A stretch of DNA of 46,053 nucleotides, taken from positions 1 through 46,053 of the IMG/VR virus record IMGVR_UViG_3300010231_000013; one strand, 5' to 3'. The translations under genes and the position numbers were made by a program. The number at the start of each line of letters is the position of its first letter. Within the stretch, counting starts at the first letter, position 1. The notes below the pieces were generated by a model that saw nothing but the letters and a program-made list of their open reading frames with translations, ran no database searches and had not been told where the DNA came from. Origin of the DNA: a virus. This document shows positions 6,143-14,335 of this stretch, piece by piece.

Positions 6143-6147
6143 GTACC

Positions 6148-6345
6148 ATGCCTCGCGATCATCTCACCACGGACCTCAATGCAGCCCTCGACCTCGAGGA
6201 GCATGACTTCGCGGACGATCTGCGGGGCGTGGACATACCGGCATCACGGCTGGGCATCGTCCTTGTCTGGGGCTTCGTCGCCATCATGAGCATCCTGATC
6301 TGGATTGCTCTTGCTGCTGCGCTCGTACGGCTGGCGGGGCGGTGA
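6148..6345 (+). CDS. Small membrane protein (65 aa) with a C-terminal TM helix
   Basis: Track ORF. Hydrophobic stretch GIVLVWGFVAIMSILIWIALAAALV. Confidence 0.65.
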   Translation: MPRDHLTTDLNAALDLEEHDFADDLRGVDIPASRLGIVLVWGFVAIMSILIWIALAAALVRLAGR

Positions 6346-7181
6346 TGGAACCTACAAGGCCTGTTCTGCGATGGCATGGTGGGAAATGGCTTCTGGCCCC
6401 CTGGATCATCAGCCACTTCCCCAAACATCGCGTCTATGTTGAGCCATTTGGCGGGGCAGGGTCTGTCCTGATGCGCAAAGACCCCGCATACGCCGAAATT
6501 TGGAATGACCTAGACGGGGAGGTCGTCAATCTATTTCGTGTGCTTCGCTCCGAACTGGGGCCTGAGCTTGTAAGGCTACTCACACTCACGCCATTTTCGC
6601 GGCAAGAGTTCATTGAAGCCTATGAGGCATCTGCCGAGCCAATCGAACGGGCGCGCAGGCTGGTCATCAGATCCTTTATGGGGTTCGGATCAAATGGCCA
6701 CAATCGGGTCACAGGATTCCGAGCCAACAGCAATCGTTCCGGAACAACGCCGGCGCATGATTGGCGAAATTATCCAGACAGCCTTGCCACTGTCGTTGAA
6801 CGAATCTCGCGCGTGACGATCGAAAGCAAGGATGCAAAGGCTGTCATGGCTCAACATGACTGCCCTGACACGCTGCATTACGTTGACCCGCCTTACGTAT
6901 TTTCGACCCGCGCCGACCTGTCAAAAGACTATGCACACGAACTAACAGACGACGACCATGCCGCGCTTCTCGTCTTTCTTCGGGGGCTTGAGGGTATGGT
7001 CGTGCTGTCCGGCTATCCGACTGATCTATACGATCATGCGCTGCATGATTGGCAGCGGGTCGAGCGCGAAGCATTGGCGGATGGTGCCTCTAAGAGAACT
7101 GAGGTCCTCTGGATAAATCCTCTTTGCGCCGCTCGGCTTGAGGCGGAACGGCTTCCTCTATTCGGTGGGGAGTCCGCCTGA
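6345..7181 (+). CDS. N6-adenine DNA methyltransferase, D12 (Dam-like) class
   Basis: LRWHGGKWLLAPWI, EPFGGAGSV (AdoMet site) and VDPPY catalytic motif. TGATG overlap with the upstream stop. Confidence 0.9.
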   Translation: MEPTRPVLRWHGGKWLLAPWIISHFPKHRVYVEPFGGAGSVLMRKDPAYAEIWNDLDGEVVNLFRVLRSELGPELVRLLTLTPFSRQEFIEAYEASAEPIERARRLVIRSFMGFGSNGHNRVTGFRANSNRSGTTPAHDWRNYPDSLATVVERISRVTIESKDAKAVMAQHDCPDTLHYVDPPYVFSTRADLSKDYAHELTDDDHAALLVFLRGLEGMVVLSGYPTDLYDHALHDWQRVEREALADGASKRTEVLWINPLCAARLEAERLPLFGGESA

Positions 7182-7537
7182 TGGCCACCAGCATGTCCAT
7201 CGAACTGCCATGGCCGGCGAAGCCGCTGCATCCGAACGCGCGCCCGCATCACATGGTCAAATGGAACGCCACCAAGAAGGCAAGAGCAGACGCCTACATT
7301 CTCGCAAAGCGCATCGGCAAGATAGACGCTGAGGCCATCAAAGTCACGTGCATCTTCTTCCCGCCTCTGGTGAAGCGCTACCGCGACCTCGATAACATGA
7401 ACGCCGCTTGCAAGGCGTATCTCGACGGCATCGCAGACGCCATCGGCATCAACGACAAGTGCTTCCTTCCCCAAGCTCCTGCGTGGGGCATCCCCGTCAA
7501 GGGCGGCAAGGTCCGTATCGTGCTGGAGGCTGCATGA
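7181..7537 (+). CDS. rusA: RusA-family Holliday junction resolvase
   Basis: LPWPAKP, RYRDLDNMNAACKAYLDGI and KGGKVRIVL parallel E. coli RusA motifs. Confidence 0.85.
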   Translation: MATSMSIELPWPAKPLHPNARPHHMVKWNATKKARADAYILAKRIGKIDAEAIKVTCIFFPPLVKRYRDLDNMNAACKAYLDGIADAIGINDKCFLPQAPAWGIPVKGGKVRIVLEAA

Positions 7538-8346
7538 GCAACCGAGCATGGATGCCGCTCCACATCGATGATTATATCCGCGACACGGATCATCTGAACG
7601 CGTCAGAGCATGGTGCTTATCTTCTTCTCATCATGAAATACTGGCGCGACGGCGGCCTTCCTTCGGATGAAGGGTTGATCCGGCGTTACGCGAAACTCTC
7701 TCCCGATCAGTGGGCCGAAAGCCGGGATGTCATCGCCGCTTTTTTCGAAGAGGGGTGGCACCACAAACGCATCGACGCCGAACTCGCAAAGGCTGATGAG
7801 ATCATCGAAAAACGGCGACTAGCAGCGAAAGAACGGCATTCTAATAGCAAGAGCAATGCAAGTGCAGAGCAAGTGCATAGCACTTCCCCAAGCAAATGCA
7901 CTGATACGGGCGTGCCACCTGTAACCAGTAACTTTTCAGAACCTAGCGGTTCTGACGCGGCTCCGCCGGTCGATCCTCGACAACAGCTTTGGTCGGAAGG
8001 TGTTTCCATCCTCAAAGCCATCAGCGGCAAGACAGACGGCGCCGCCCGGCAGCTTATCGGCATGTGGTCCAAGGCCACCAAGGACGATTGCGCGGCCATC
8101 ATGGCGAAAATAACGACGGCGCAGAGGGAGCGCATTGGCGACCCGGTGTCGTGGATCACGGCTGCGCTCAAACCCCCCGACAAACCGCCCAAGAAGGCAA
8201 CCCAAGCCAGCATTTGGACAGACGAGGCCATAGCCTACGGAATTATCGATGAACCAGATAGCACACAGGATCGACGTTTGGGCTCTCGCCTCGCAAGAGG
8301 ACAAGATCAAAGCCCTGGTTTCGCTCGGCGGATTGCCGGCTCGTGA
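7534..8346 (+). CDS. DUF1376 (YdaU-like) replication-associated protein
   Basis: The N-terminus WMPLHIDDYIRDTDHLNASEHGAYLLLIMKYW is typical of the family. ATGA overlap upstream. The last 98 nt overlap the next gene and lose the coding GC3 signal. Confidence 0.75.
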   Translation: MSNRAWMPLHIDDYIRDTDHLNASEHGAYLLLIMKYWRDGGLPSDEGLIRRYAKLSPDQWAESRDVIAAFFEEGWHHKRIDAELAKADEIIEKRRLAAKERHSNSKSNASAEQVHSTSPSKCTDTGVPPVTSNFSEPSGSDAAPPVDPRQQLWSEGVSILKAISGKTDGAARQLIGMWSKATKDDCAAIMAKITTAQRERIGDPVSWITAALKPPDKPPKKATQASIWTDEAIAYGIIDEPDSTQDRRLGSRLARGQDQSPGFARRIAGS

Positions 8347-8782
8347 GTCCGTCAACCAGCAAATCGACAAGGCGTCGTACTACATCGCCCTTGAGGGTGT
8401 GACGCGCTACGGGCTTGCCGAAGCCGTCCGGTCGATACTCAAGGGCGGCCTGTCACACGCCTTTTTCCCAAGCCCGCCAGAGCTTCGCATCCAGTGCGAC
8501 AAGGCCATGGAGTGGCACGAGCGGCAGCGTGAGCGCGAATTTCGCGAGCAACGCTATCTCCGGGAGCGCCAAGAGAACAATAGGATCACCACGCGCACCC
8601 CGGAAGCCATTGCACGGCAACAGGCGGCCTATCGCAAGTTCCTTGCTGGATACCAGGCGGAGAAGCAATCGGGGGAAGAACTGGAGCGTGCCGAAACCCG
8701 CGCTCGCTACGGCATGACAGACGAGGCTATCGCCGGCGTTCCGGATCAACCCATCCCGTCAAATTTCAAGAGGATCGCTTGA
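8249..8782 (+). CDS. Hypothetical protein (177 aa), replication module
   Basis: High GC3 from its ATG onward. Protein-like composition. Confidence 0.7.
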   Translation: MNQIAHRIDVWALASQEDKIKALVSLGGLPARESVNQQIDKASYYIALEGVTRYGLAEAVRSILKGGLSHAFFPSPPELRIQCDKAMEWHERQREREFREQRYLRERQENNRITTRTPEAIARQQAAYRKFLAGYQAEKQSGEELERAETRARYGMTDEAIAGVPDQPIPSNFKRIA

Positions 8783-8784
8783 GC

Positions 8785-9366
8785 ATGACCGACATGGATA
8801 TCTCCGATCGACCGATTGGGTATAACCCCGATTTTCTGCGGTCTGTGTACGCCAAGCGCAGGGACGACGAGCGCAGGATGAGGGAGCTAGAGCGCCGTGA
8901 GGAGCTCCTCCGCGAACGGGAGGCGATGCTGGCAGCAAAACAGCGTCATGTCCTTGCCGAGAGCGCAGCCCTCATAGCGCGCCGCAGGGAAGCCAACGAC
9001 GCCATGGCCAAGGCCAACGATGCCCTGCGGAAGCTTCGCGCCGAGACGGATAAGGTTCAGGTTCGGCGCGTCCCGGTCAAGACCATCTTGCGCCGCATCT
9101 CTCTCGCCACCGGCATCAAGCCCTATGAAATCATGGGCAGCAGCCGATCCCGTCATGTCGTGTTTGCGCGGCAGGCGGTTATGTACTGGGCCGTGCGTCT
9201 CAGTGGTCGTTCGCTGCCGGAAATAGGCCGCGCTCTAGGCGGCAGGGATCACACGTCAATCATTCACGGATCGCTGGCCTATCCGGCAAAGCGTGCTGCT
9301 CAAGGCAGGACGTTGCGGGTCATTCGGCGCGGCGGCAATCACCCCGGAAAGGACATCACCCCATGA
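8785..9366 (+). CDS. Protein with a DnaA domain IV-like C-terminal HTH; putative replication initiation or regulation
   Basis: RSRHVVFARQAVMYWAVRLSGRSLPEIGRALGGRDHTSIIHG matches the Bac_DnaA_C signature. ATG 8785 chosen over TTG 8779. Confidence 0.8.
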   Translation: MTDMDISDRPIGYNPDFLRSVYAKRRDDERRMRELERREELLREREAMLAAKQRHVLAESAALIARRREANDAMAKANDALRKLRAETDKVQVRRVPVKTILRRISLATGIKPYEIMGSSRSRHVVFARQAVMYWAVRLSGRSLPEIGRALGGRDHTSIIHGSLAYPAKRAAQGRTLRVIRRGGNHPGKDITP

Positions 9367-9596
9367 CCATCCCACAAGCGATCATGGACGAGGCGCGGAA
9401 GCTTATGGAGCACCCACTTGCTCGTCCGTATCGCAGTAAGGCATTTGCAATGGAAATTGCTCTCGCCTTATCGGACGCAGAACACCGCGGCGCGGAAAGG
9501 GAGCGGGAGCGCGCGGCCAAGATTGCGGAATCGAATGACGCTTTCCCTTCCGAAGGAGAGCACATCGCCGCCGCCATCCGCAACACCAAGGACTAG
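9363..9596 (+). CDS. Hypothetical protein (77 aa)
   Basis: Track ORF. ATGA-type overlap with the upstream gene. Confidence 0.65.
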   Translation: MTIPQAIMDEARKLMEHPLARPYRSKAFAMEIALALSDAEHRGAERERERAAKIAESNDAFPSEGEHIAAAIRNTKD

Positions 9597-9604
9597 GGGA
9601 CAGC

Positions 9605-10168
9605 ATGGCGAAGGCGGGGCGCAAGCCGAAAGTGGCGGCATATCGAGAGCCGAACGGGCGCATATCCAGGGCGCGCGAACCAATTGACAAGATAGCATTG
9701 GAGGCGAGAGCAAAAATGCTCGGCATCACAATGCTGGACGCGAAGAACCAGCTCGCCTCAACCTTCATCGGCAGGCTGCACATGCAGTATCAGGCATGGG
9801 AGAAGCGCGGCCCGCGCGACCAGCGCCGCCCGGCAGAATGTCTTGACCGACGCGAGTATGCCGCTGCCACGCGGTTTCTCGAACTGCACAACGACCGCCT
9901 CAAGGTGGTGCAGGCCGAGGGTGCGCAGTACGATCACAGGCCCGGCGGCAATGCCGACATCGAAGCTGTCGAGGAGTGGGCGCGTCAGGTGAACGAAAGC
10001 TACCGCGAGGCTCGCAAGGCCATCCAAGAAGCACAGAACGAAAACAGGTCCGAGAACCTGTGGGCTGCGCTGGACTATTGCATCCTCCGCGACCAGCCGT
10101 TCAGCCATCTAGTCGGAAGCCTGCGCATCCTGTGCAATGCACTGGCGAGACATTGGAAGGTGGCTTGA
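9605..10168 (+). CDS. Hypothetical protein (187 aa). Last gene of the early-right operon, so positionally a candidate late-gene regulator.
   Basis: Track ORF. Followed by a strong terminator and a structured intergenic region. Confidence 0.7.
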   Translation: MAKAGRKPKVAAYREPNGRISRAREPIDKIALEARAKMLGITMLDAKNQLASTFIGRLHMQYQAWEKRGPRDQRRPAECLDRREYAAATRFLELHNDRLKVVQAEGAQYDHRPGGNADIEAVEEWARQVNESYREARKAIQEAQNENRSENLWAALDYCILRDQPFSHLVGSLRILCNALARHWKVA

Positions 10169-10228
10169 CGAGGCAAGGCAAATCATGCATTTCTGACATT
10201 GCTGGTCACAGTCGGAACTGTGTCCAGC

Positions 10229-10270
10229 GAAAGGCCGCCGAGTTGATAGCTCGAGCGGCCTTTCTTCATT
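10229..10270 (+). terminator. Rho-independent terminator at the end of the early-right operon
   Basis: Perfect 10-bp stem gaaaggccgc / gcggcctttc with a 16-nt loop, followed by a T-rich tail ttcatt. Confidence 0.6.
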
Positions 10271-10345
10271 CCAACCGCTTAGGACGGTCCCTTAGGTATC
10301 ACAATCCAGCAAGGATGATACCTGGCTATCGAGATGCGAGGCGGC

Positions 10346-10585
10346 ATGCAGGCAATCGTCACATACATGCCGTGGCTGCTTTCTGCGATCACGATCTACA
10401 TGACGATCATGGCGGGCAACAAGGCTCGCTACGCATGGTTGATCGGCCTAGGCAATCAGGCGCTTTGGCTGACGTGGATTTGCGCGGCCGGGGCGTGGGG
10501 CCTGCTGCCGATGAATATTGCCCTTTGGGCTGTATATGCCCGCAATCATTTAAAATGGGCGGAAGCGAACAAGGGTTTCCAGTAG
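10346..10585 (+). CDS. Small 3-TM membrane protein (79 aa)
   Basis: Three hydrophobic segments. GAGG 4 nt upstream of ATG 10346. Confidence 0.65.
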   Translation: MQAIVTYMPWLLSAITIYMTIMAGNKARYAWLIGLGNQALWLTWICAAGAWGLLPMNIALWAVYARNHLKWAEANKGFQ

Positions 10586-10713
10586 CGCCAGCCAAACGAG
10601 TAACCCCGAAAGACCCACAGGCATTCGTGCCGGTTGAAGCTCTTAGGGCTGGTTCCGCCTCGCACCCTTCCACCGCATAAGGACTGACAGCATGGCAACC
10701 GCGCGCGAAGGCA

Positions 10714-10872
10714 ATGGCGGGTAACGCCAAGTACGTCGCCCGCGAAACTCGGAGCGGCTGGGAGGTAGTGCTGTTAGGCGAAGTGATGACAGTGCACGTT
10801 TGCATCGCCCTCAACGGCTTTGTCGCCGCGCAAACCGCGCAAGCGCTGAATGAACTTCGCAATGGCGGCTAA
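10714..10872 (+). CDS. Candidate small protein (52 aa)
   Basis: Below the track cut-off. GC3 about 73 percent. Poor RBS. Overlaps the next small ORF by 11 nt. Confidence 0.3.
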   Translation: MAGNAKYVARETRSGWEVVLLGEVMTVHVCIALNGFVAAQTAQALNELRNGG

Positions 10873-10972
10873 GCTCCTTGCCCTGGCCTTTCTCATGGCC
10901 TTGTCCTCCTGCCTCTCCGATCCCAACCCCTGCACCATGCATGAGTGGCTGAGTAACCCGAGGTGCCGTTGA
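10862..10972 (+). CDS. Candidate 36-aa lipoprotein (MAAKLLALAFLMALSSC-LSDPNPCTMHEWLSNPRCR)
   Basis: Signal peptide plus lipobox LSSC. GC3 about 80 percent. Coupled to both neighbours. Confidence 0.5.
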   Translation: MAAKLLALAFLMALSSCLSDPNPCTMHEWLSNPRCR

Positions 10973-11142
10973 TGGACCCCAACACGGAAGCCTCTCTCAT
11001 CATCGAAGCCCTGACACAGTTCGCCTCCCGCCATGGCATCGACTGCATGCTCGACCTCATCGAAGGCGTTCATCAGGCATACGAGGCTTTCGGCTCCGAT
11101 GACCGCGAAGGCGCAGAGATAGAACTGGTGACGGTGCAGTGA
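10972..11142 (+). CDS. Candidate acidic small protein (56 aa)
   Basis: TGATG overlap with the lipoprotein ORF. GC3 about 75 percent. The antisense track ORF 10774..11172 looks spurious. Confidence 0.5.
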   Translation: MDPNTEASLIIEALTQFASRHGIDCMLDLIEGVHQAYEAFGSDDREGAEIELVTVQ

Positions 11143-11170
11143 GTGCTGCAACCCAAGAAAGGAACTAACC

Positions 11171-11410
11171 ATGGCCGAACGTTACGCAACGATCCTTGTC
11201 GAGGAAGACGGCACCGAAGTCGTGTCCAACATCGCGATCATCGAAGGCAAGCCTAACAGCCTGCCGAAAGGCTACAAGCGTGAGACCGTTCCGGCGGGCG
11301 TCAAGATCGGCATGGTACGTGGTGGAGCGGGAGAACAGGCCGGCGGCTTCGGCTTCCCGTCAATAGACGCAACCACGACACAGAAGCAGTCCGACAAGGG
11401 CGCGAAGTAA
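11171..11410 (+). CDS. Hypothetical protein (79 aa)
   Basis: Track ORF with an AAAGGA RBS. Confidence 0.65.
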   Translation: MAERYATILVEEDGTEVVSNIAIIEGKPNSLPKGYKRETVPAGVKIGMVRGGAGEQAGGFGFPSIDATTTQKQSDKGAK

Positions 11411-11435
11411 GCGCTGAGAGCAGCGAGGCAACAGC

Positions 11436-11765
11436 ATGGTAGGCCGTCCATTCCAGAAAGGGCAGTCGGGCAACCCCGGCGGCAGGCCAAAGGGCATCGC
11501 AGCCAAGGCTCGCGAATACGGAGACAAGGCGCTCCAGGTGCTTGTCGATGCGCTGGACGATGAAAACCCGAAGGTGCGCTTGACGGCTGCCAGCGAGATC
11601 ATCGATCGCGGCTACGGCAAGGCTTTGACCATGACGGCTGACCTGACAAACAAGATCGAGGATTTCGATGACGAATCTCTCGATGCTGCCATCGCTTTCC
11701 TCAAGTCAAATATCGGCACTGCTGATCAGGCTGGAGAGGGAGAGACAGCGCCGACATCTCACTAA
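11436..11765 (+). CDS. Putative terminase small subunit (DUF5681-like)
   Basis: The N-terminal FQKGQSGNPGGRPKG motif is typical of this small-terminase-associated family. Lies directly upstream of TerL. Confidence 0.65.
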   Translation: MVGRPFQKGQSGNPGGRPKGIAAKAREYGDKALQVLVDALDDENPKVRLTAASEIIDRGYGKALTMTADLTNKIEDFDDESLDAAIAFLKSNIGTADQAGEGETAPTSH

Positions 11766-13107
11766 CCGGCTCAAGTCCTACAAGCCGTACGCCAAGCAGG
11801 CATCGTTTCACGCCGCAGGGGCCAAATATCGCGAGCGGCTTCTCAGGGCAGGCAACCAGCTCGGCAAGACATACTGCGGAGCCTATGAACTGGCGATCCA
11901 TCTGACGGGTCGCTATCCTGTATGGTGGGAAGGACGGCGCTGGGATCGCGGCGTGTCATGGTGGGCAGGCGGCAAGGACAGCATATCCGTCCGCGATTCC
12001 GTCGCGCAACTGTTGCTAGGGCCGCCCTCTGATCGTGGCACGGGGACAATACCCAAGGCGGCCATCGTTGACATCTCGCCATCGCGCGGCGTCGCTGACG
12101 GCGTGGACAGCGTGACGGTCCAGCATGAAAGCGGCGATCAAAGCCGGCTGGTGTTCAAGACTTATGACCAGGGCCGCGAACGATGGCAGGCGGCGACACT
12201 GGATGGCGTGTGGTTCGATGAGGAGCCGCCGGAAGATATTTACATGGAGGGACTGACCCGAACGAATGCCACGGGCGGCATGACGTTCATGACGTTCACC
12301 CCATTGCTCGGCATGTCGAACGTGGTGAGGCGGTTCTTGACGGAAAACTCCCCCGATCGCCACGACACGAACATGACGATAGAGGACGCGGAGCATATCC
12401 CGCCGGAGGAACGGGCGCGGATCATCGCGAGCTACCCTCCGCATGAACGAGAGGCCCGCACCAAAGGCGTGCCGATCCTTGGCTCCGGCCGCATCTTCCC
12501 GGTGGCCGAAGCTGACATCTCGGTCGATGCGTTCAAGTTACCGAGGTTCTGGCCACAGATCGGCGCCATGGATTTCGGATGGGATCACCCGTTCGCTGCT
12601 GTCAGACTGTCCTATGACAGCGAAGGCGATGTGATCTACGTCACGCACTGCTTCCGGGCTCGCGAGCAAACGCCGCTCGATCACGTGCGCAATGTGAGGG
12701 CCTGGGGCGAATGGTTGCCGTGGGCATGGCCGCATGACGGATTGCAGCATTCGAAAGACAGCGGTGAGCCTCTGTCGAAGCAATATCGCGCGAACGGGCT
12801 GAACATGCTCGGCTCCCACGCGACGTTCCCGGATGGCTCTGTGGGTGTCGAGGCGGGCTTGTTCGACATGCTGGAGCGCATGCAGACGGGCCGGTTCAAG
12901 GTATTCAGCCATTTGAACGAATGGTTCGAGGAGTTTCGCCTTTACCATCGCAAGGACGGCAAGGTGGTGAAGGAAGGCGACGACCTCATGTCAGCCACGC
13001 GCTACGGCGTGATGATGCTGCGGCATTCCATCGTTAATCCTGCCGAGTTCAAGGCTGCGCGGCAGCAATCGACCCGCATGGCCGATCCGTTGGGAGATTA
13101 CCGATGA
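11668..13107 (+). CDS. terL: Terminase large subunit
   Basis: YKPYAKQASFHAAGAKYRERLLRAGNQLGKT (Walker A-like), VWFDEEP (Walker B-like) and a C-terminal nuclease-like region. GC3 supports a start at 11668, overlapping TerS by 98 nt. Confidence 0.9.
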   Translation: MTNLSMLPSLSSSQISALLIRLERERQRRHLTNRLKSYKPYAKQASFHAAGAKYRERLLRAGNQLGKTYCGAYELAIHLTGRYPVWWEGRRWDRGVSWWAGGKDSISVRDSVAQLLLGPPSDRGTGTIPKAAIVDISPSRGVADGVDSVTVQHESGDQSRLVFKTYDQGRERWQAATLDGVWFDEEPPEDIYMEGLTRTNATGGMTFMTFTPLLGMSNVVRRFLTENSPDRHDTNMTIEDAEHIPPEERARIIASYPPHEREARTKGVPILGSGRIFPVAEADISVDAFKLPRFWPQIGAMDFGWDHPFAAVRLSYDSEGDVIYVTHCFRAREQTPLDHVRNVRAWGEWLPWAWPHDGLQHSKDSGEPLSKQYRANGLNMLGSHATFPDGSVGVEAGLFDMLERMQTGRFKVFSHLNEWFEEFRLYHRKDGKVVKEGDDLMSATRYGVMMLRHSIVNPAEFKAARQQSTRMADPLGDYR

Positions 13108-13337
13108 AGGTTGACCGGTACAGGATTGGCATCGTGCACTCACAGGCATGGCATGTGCCCGCCGGCAGCACCGCATGCGTGGAAAGCACAGACGAATACT
13201 GGGCCAAGGCTTCTGAACTCGCCTCTGACGCCATGGGGCAAGCTGTGCGGTTTGAGCATCTGGAACTTGTTCTGGAGAGGGAGAACCCGGACGGCTCCTC
13301 CTATGTGAGGTCAAGGCGCAAGCTCGTCGCGGCATGA
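13104..13337 (+). CDS. Hypothetical protein (77 aa)
   Basis: Track ORF. ATGA overlap with TerL. Confidence 0.65.
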   Translation: MKVDRYRIGIVHSQAWHVPAGSTACVESTDEYWAKASELASDAMGQAVRFEHLELVLERENPDGSSYVRSRRKLVAA

Positions 13338-13813
13338 CAGTCCGCATCGCTGGCGGGAGCCTTCGCGATCTGACCTACATCCTTGGCAATCTTCGCCCTG
13401 CCGACCGCAACGAAATCGAATGCCAGATGGCCGAATGGGACGCGCCGCTGATTGCGCTGCGCTGCATGCAGGGCTTCGCCTATGTGGCGGAGTTGAACGG
13501 CAACCCGGAGGCTGCGTTCGGGGCGATCGAGCAAAGGCCGGGGCTTTGGGAGGCATGGTCCTGGGGCACGCGCAAGATGCCGCGCTGCATACCGGAGATC
13601 ACGCGCTTCTTCTTCGCCGTTCTAGGCCCTGACGTGGCTTCACGTGAAGCATGGCGGGTCGAGGCACGGCCAAGCGCCGACAACGATCTGGCGTCACGAT
13701 GGCTTCGTAAGCTCGGCGCCACGGAAAGATGCCGCCTGCCTCGCTTCGGCAAGAACGGCGAGGACTTCAAGCTGTTCGACTGGACAAGGGAAAGCTGGAA
13801 TGTGTTTCGTTAA
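13334..13813 (+). CDS. Hypothetical protein (159 aa)
   Basis: Track ORF. ATGA overlap upstream. Confidence 0.7.
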   Translation: MTVRIAGGSLRDLTYILGNLRPADRNEIECQMAEWDAPLIALRCMQGFAYVAELNGNPEAAFGAIEQRPGLWEAWSWGTRKMPRCIPEITRFFFAVLGPDVASREAWRVEARPSADNDLASRWLRKLGATERCRLPRFGKNGEDFKLFDWTRESWNVFR

Positions 13814-13991
13814 ACCCCCTTCACCGCCGCCGCTGCCCGCGCCGCCCACCGTATCGGACGCGGCAGTCCAGCAGCGCCAGGCTGATGCCGTCGCACAGCT
13901 TCGTGCTTCTTCCGGCACGGCGGGAACGGTCAAGACCGATCTTTCCGCCTCTGATGTCCAGACCAAGAAACGCGTGTTGCTAGGCGTCTGA
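13800..13991 (+). CDS. Hypothetical Pro-rich small protein (63 aa, MCFVKPPSPPPLPAPP...)
   Basis: Internal ATG of a track ORF. Ends in a TGATG overlap with the next gene. Confidence 0.55.
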   Translation: MCFVKPPSPPPLPAPPTVSDAAVQQRQADAVAQLRASSGTAGTVKTDLSASDVQTKKRVLLGV

Positions 13992-14335
13992 TGACCGCAA
14001 TGAAGCGCACCTTCCGCAATCGCGGCTGGCCGTGGTGGGTATGGCGGGCCATCGCCAACCGCCGCGTCCGGGCCGGGCTTGCGATAGCAGGCGAGCCGGT
14101 GACCACGGCGACGATCAATGTCGCCTATGACGGGTTTACCGTGTCCACATCGAAGGGCGTTGGACCCTATGCCTATTCCGCGACAGGCTTTCCGGCTGGC
14201 CTCGATGTCGATGCCGACACGGGCGAGGTAAGCGGCACGCCGACCGAAAGCGGGACGTTCGATGTCGTCATCACCGTGACCGATGCCAACGGCCACACGT
14301 CCGATCTTGCGTTTACCCTTGAGGTGGCTTCCTGA
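13991..14335 (+). CDS. Ig-like (He_PIG-type) domain protein (114 aa)
   Basis: YAYSATGFPAGLDVDADTGEVSGTPTESGTFDVVITVTDANGHTS matches the putative-Ig-domain signature. Confidence 0.7.
   Translation: MTAMKRTFRNRGWPWWVWRAIANRRVRAGLAIAGEPVTTATINVAYDGFTVSTSKGVGPYAYSATGFPAGLDVDADTGEVSGTPTESGTFDVVITVTDANGHTSDLAFTLEVAS

Noticed and set aside
10774-11172. 132-aa minus-strand ORF
   Set aside because: The composition is wrong-frame-like, there is no RBS, and it is antisense to three coupled plus-strand small ORFs with GC3 of 73-80 percent.
11668-11765. Programmed frameshift joining TerS and TerL (98-nt overlap)
   Set aside because: No slippery heptamer is visible. TerL has its own ATG with good GC3 from 11668, so simple gene overlap is sufficient.
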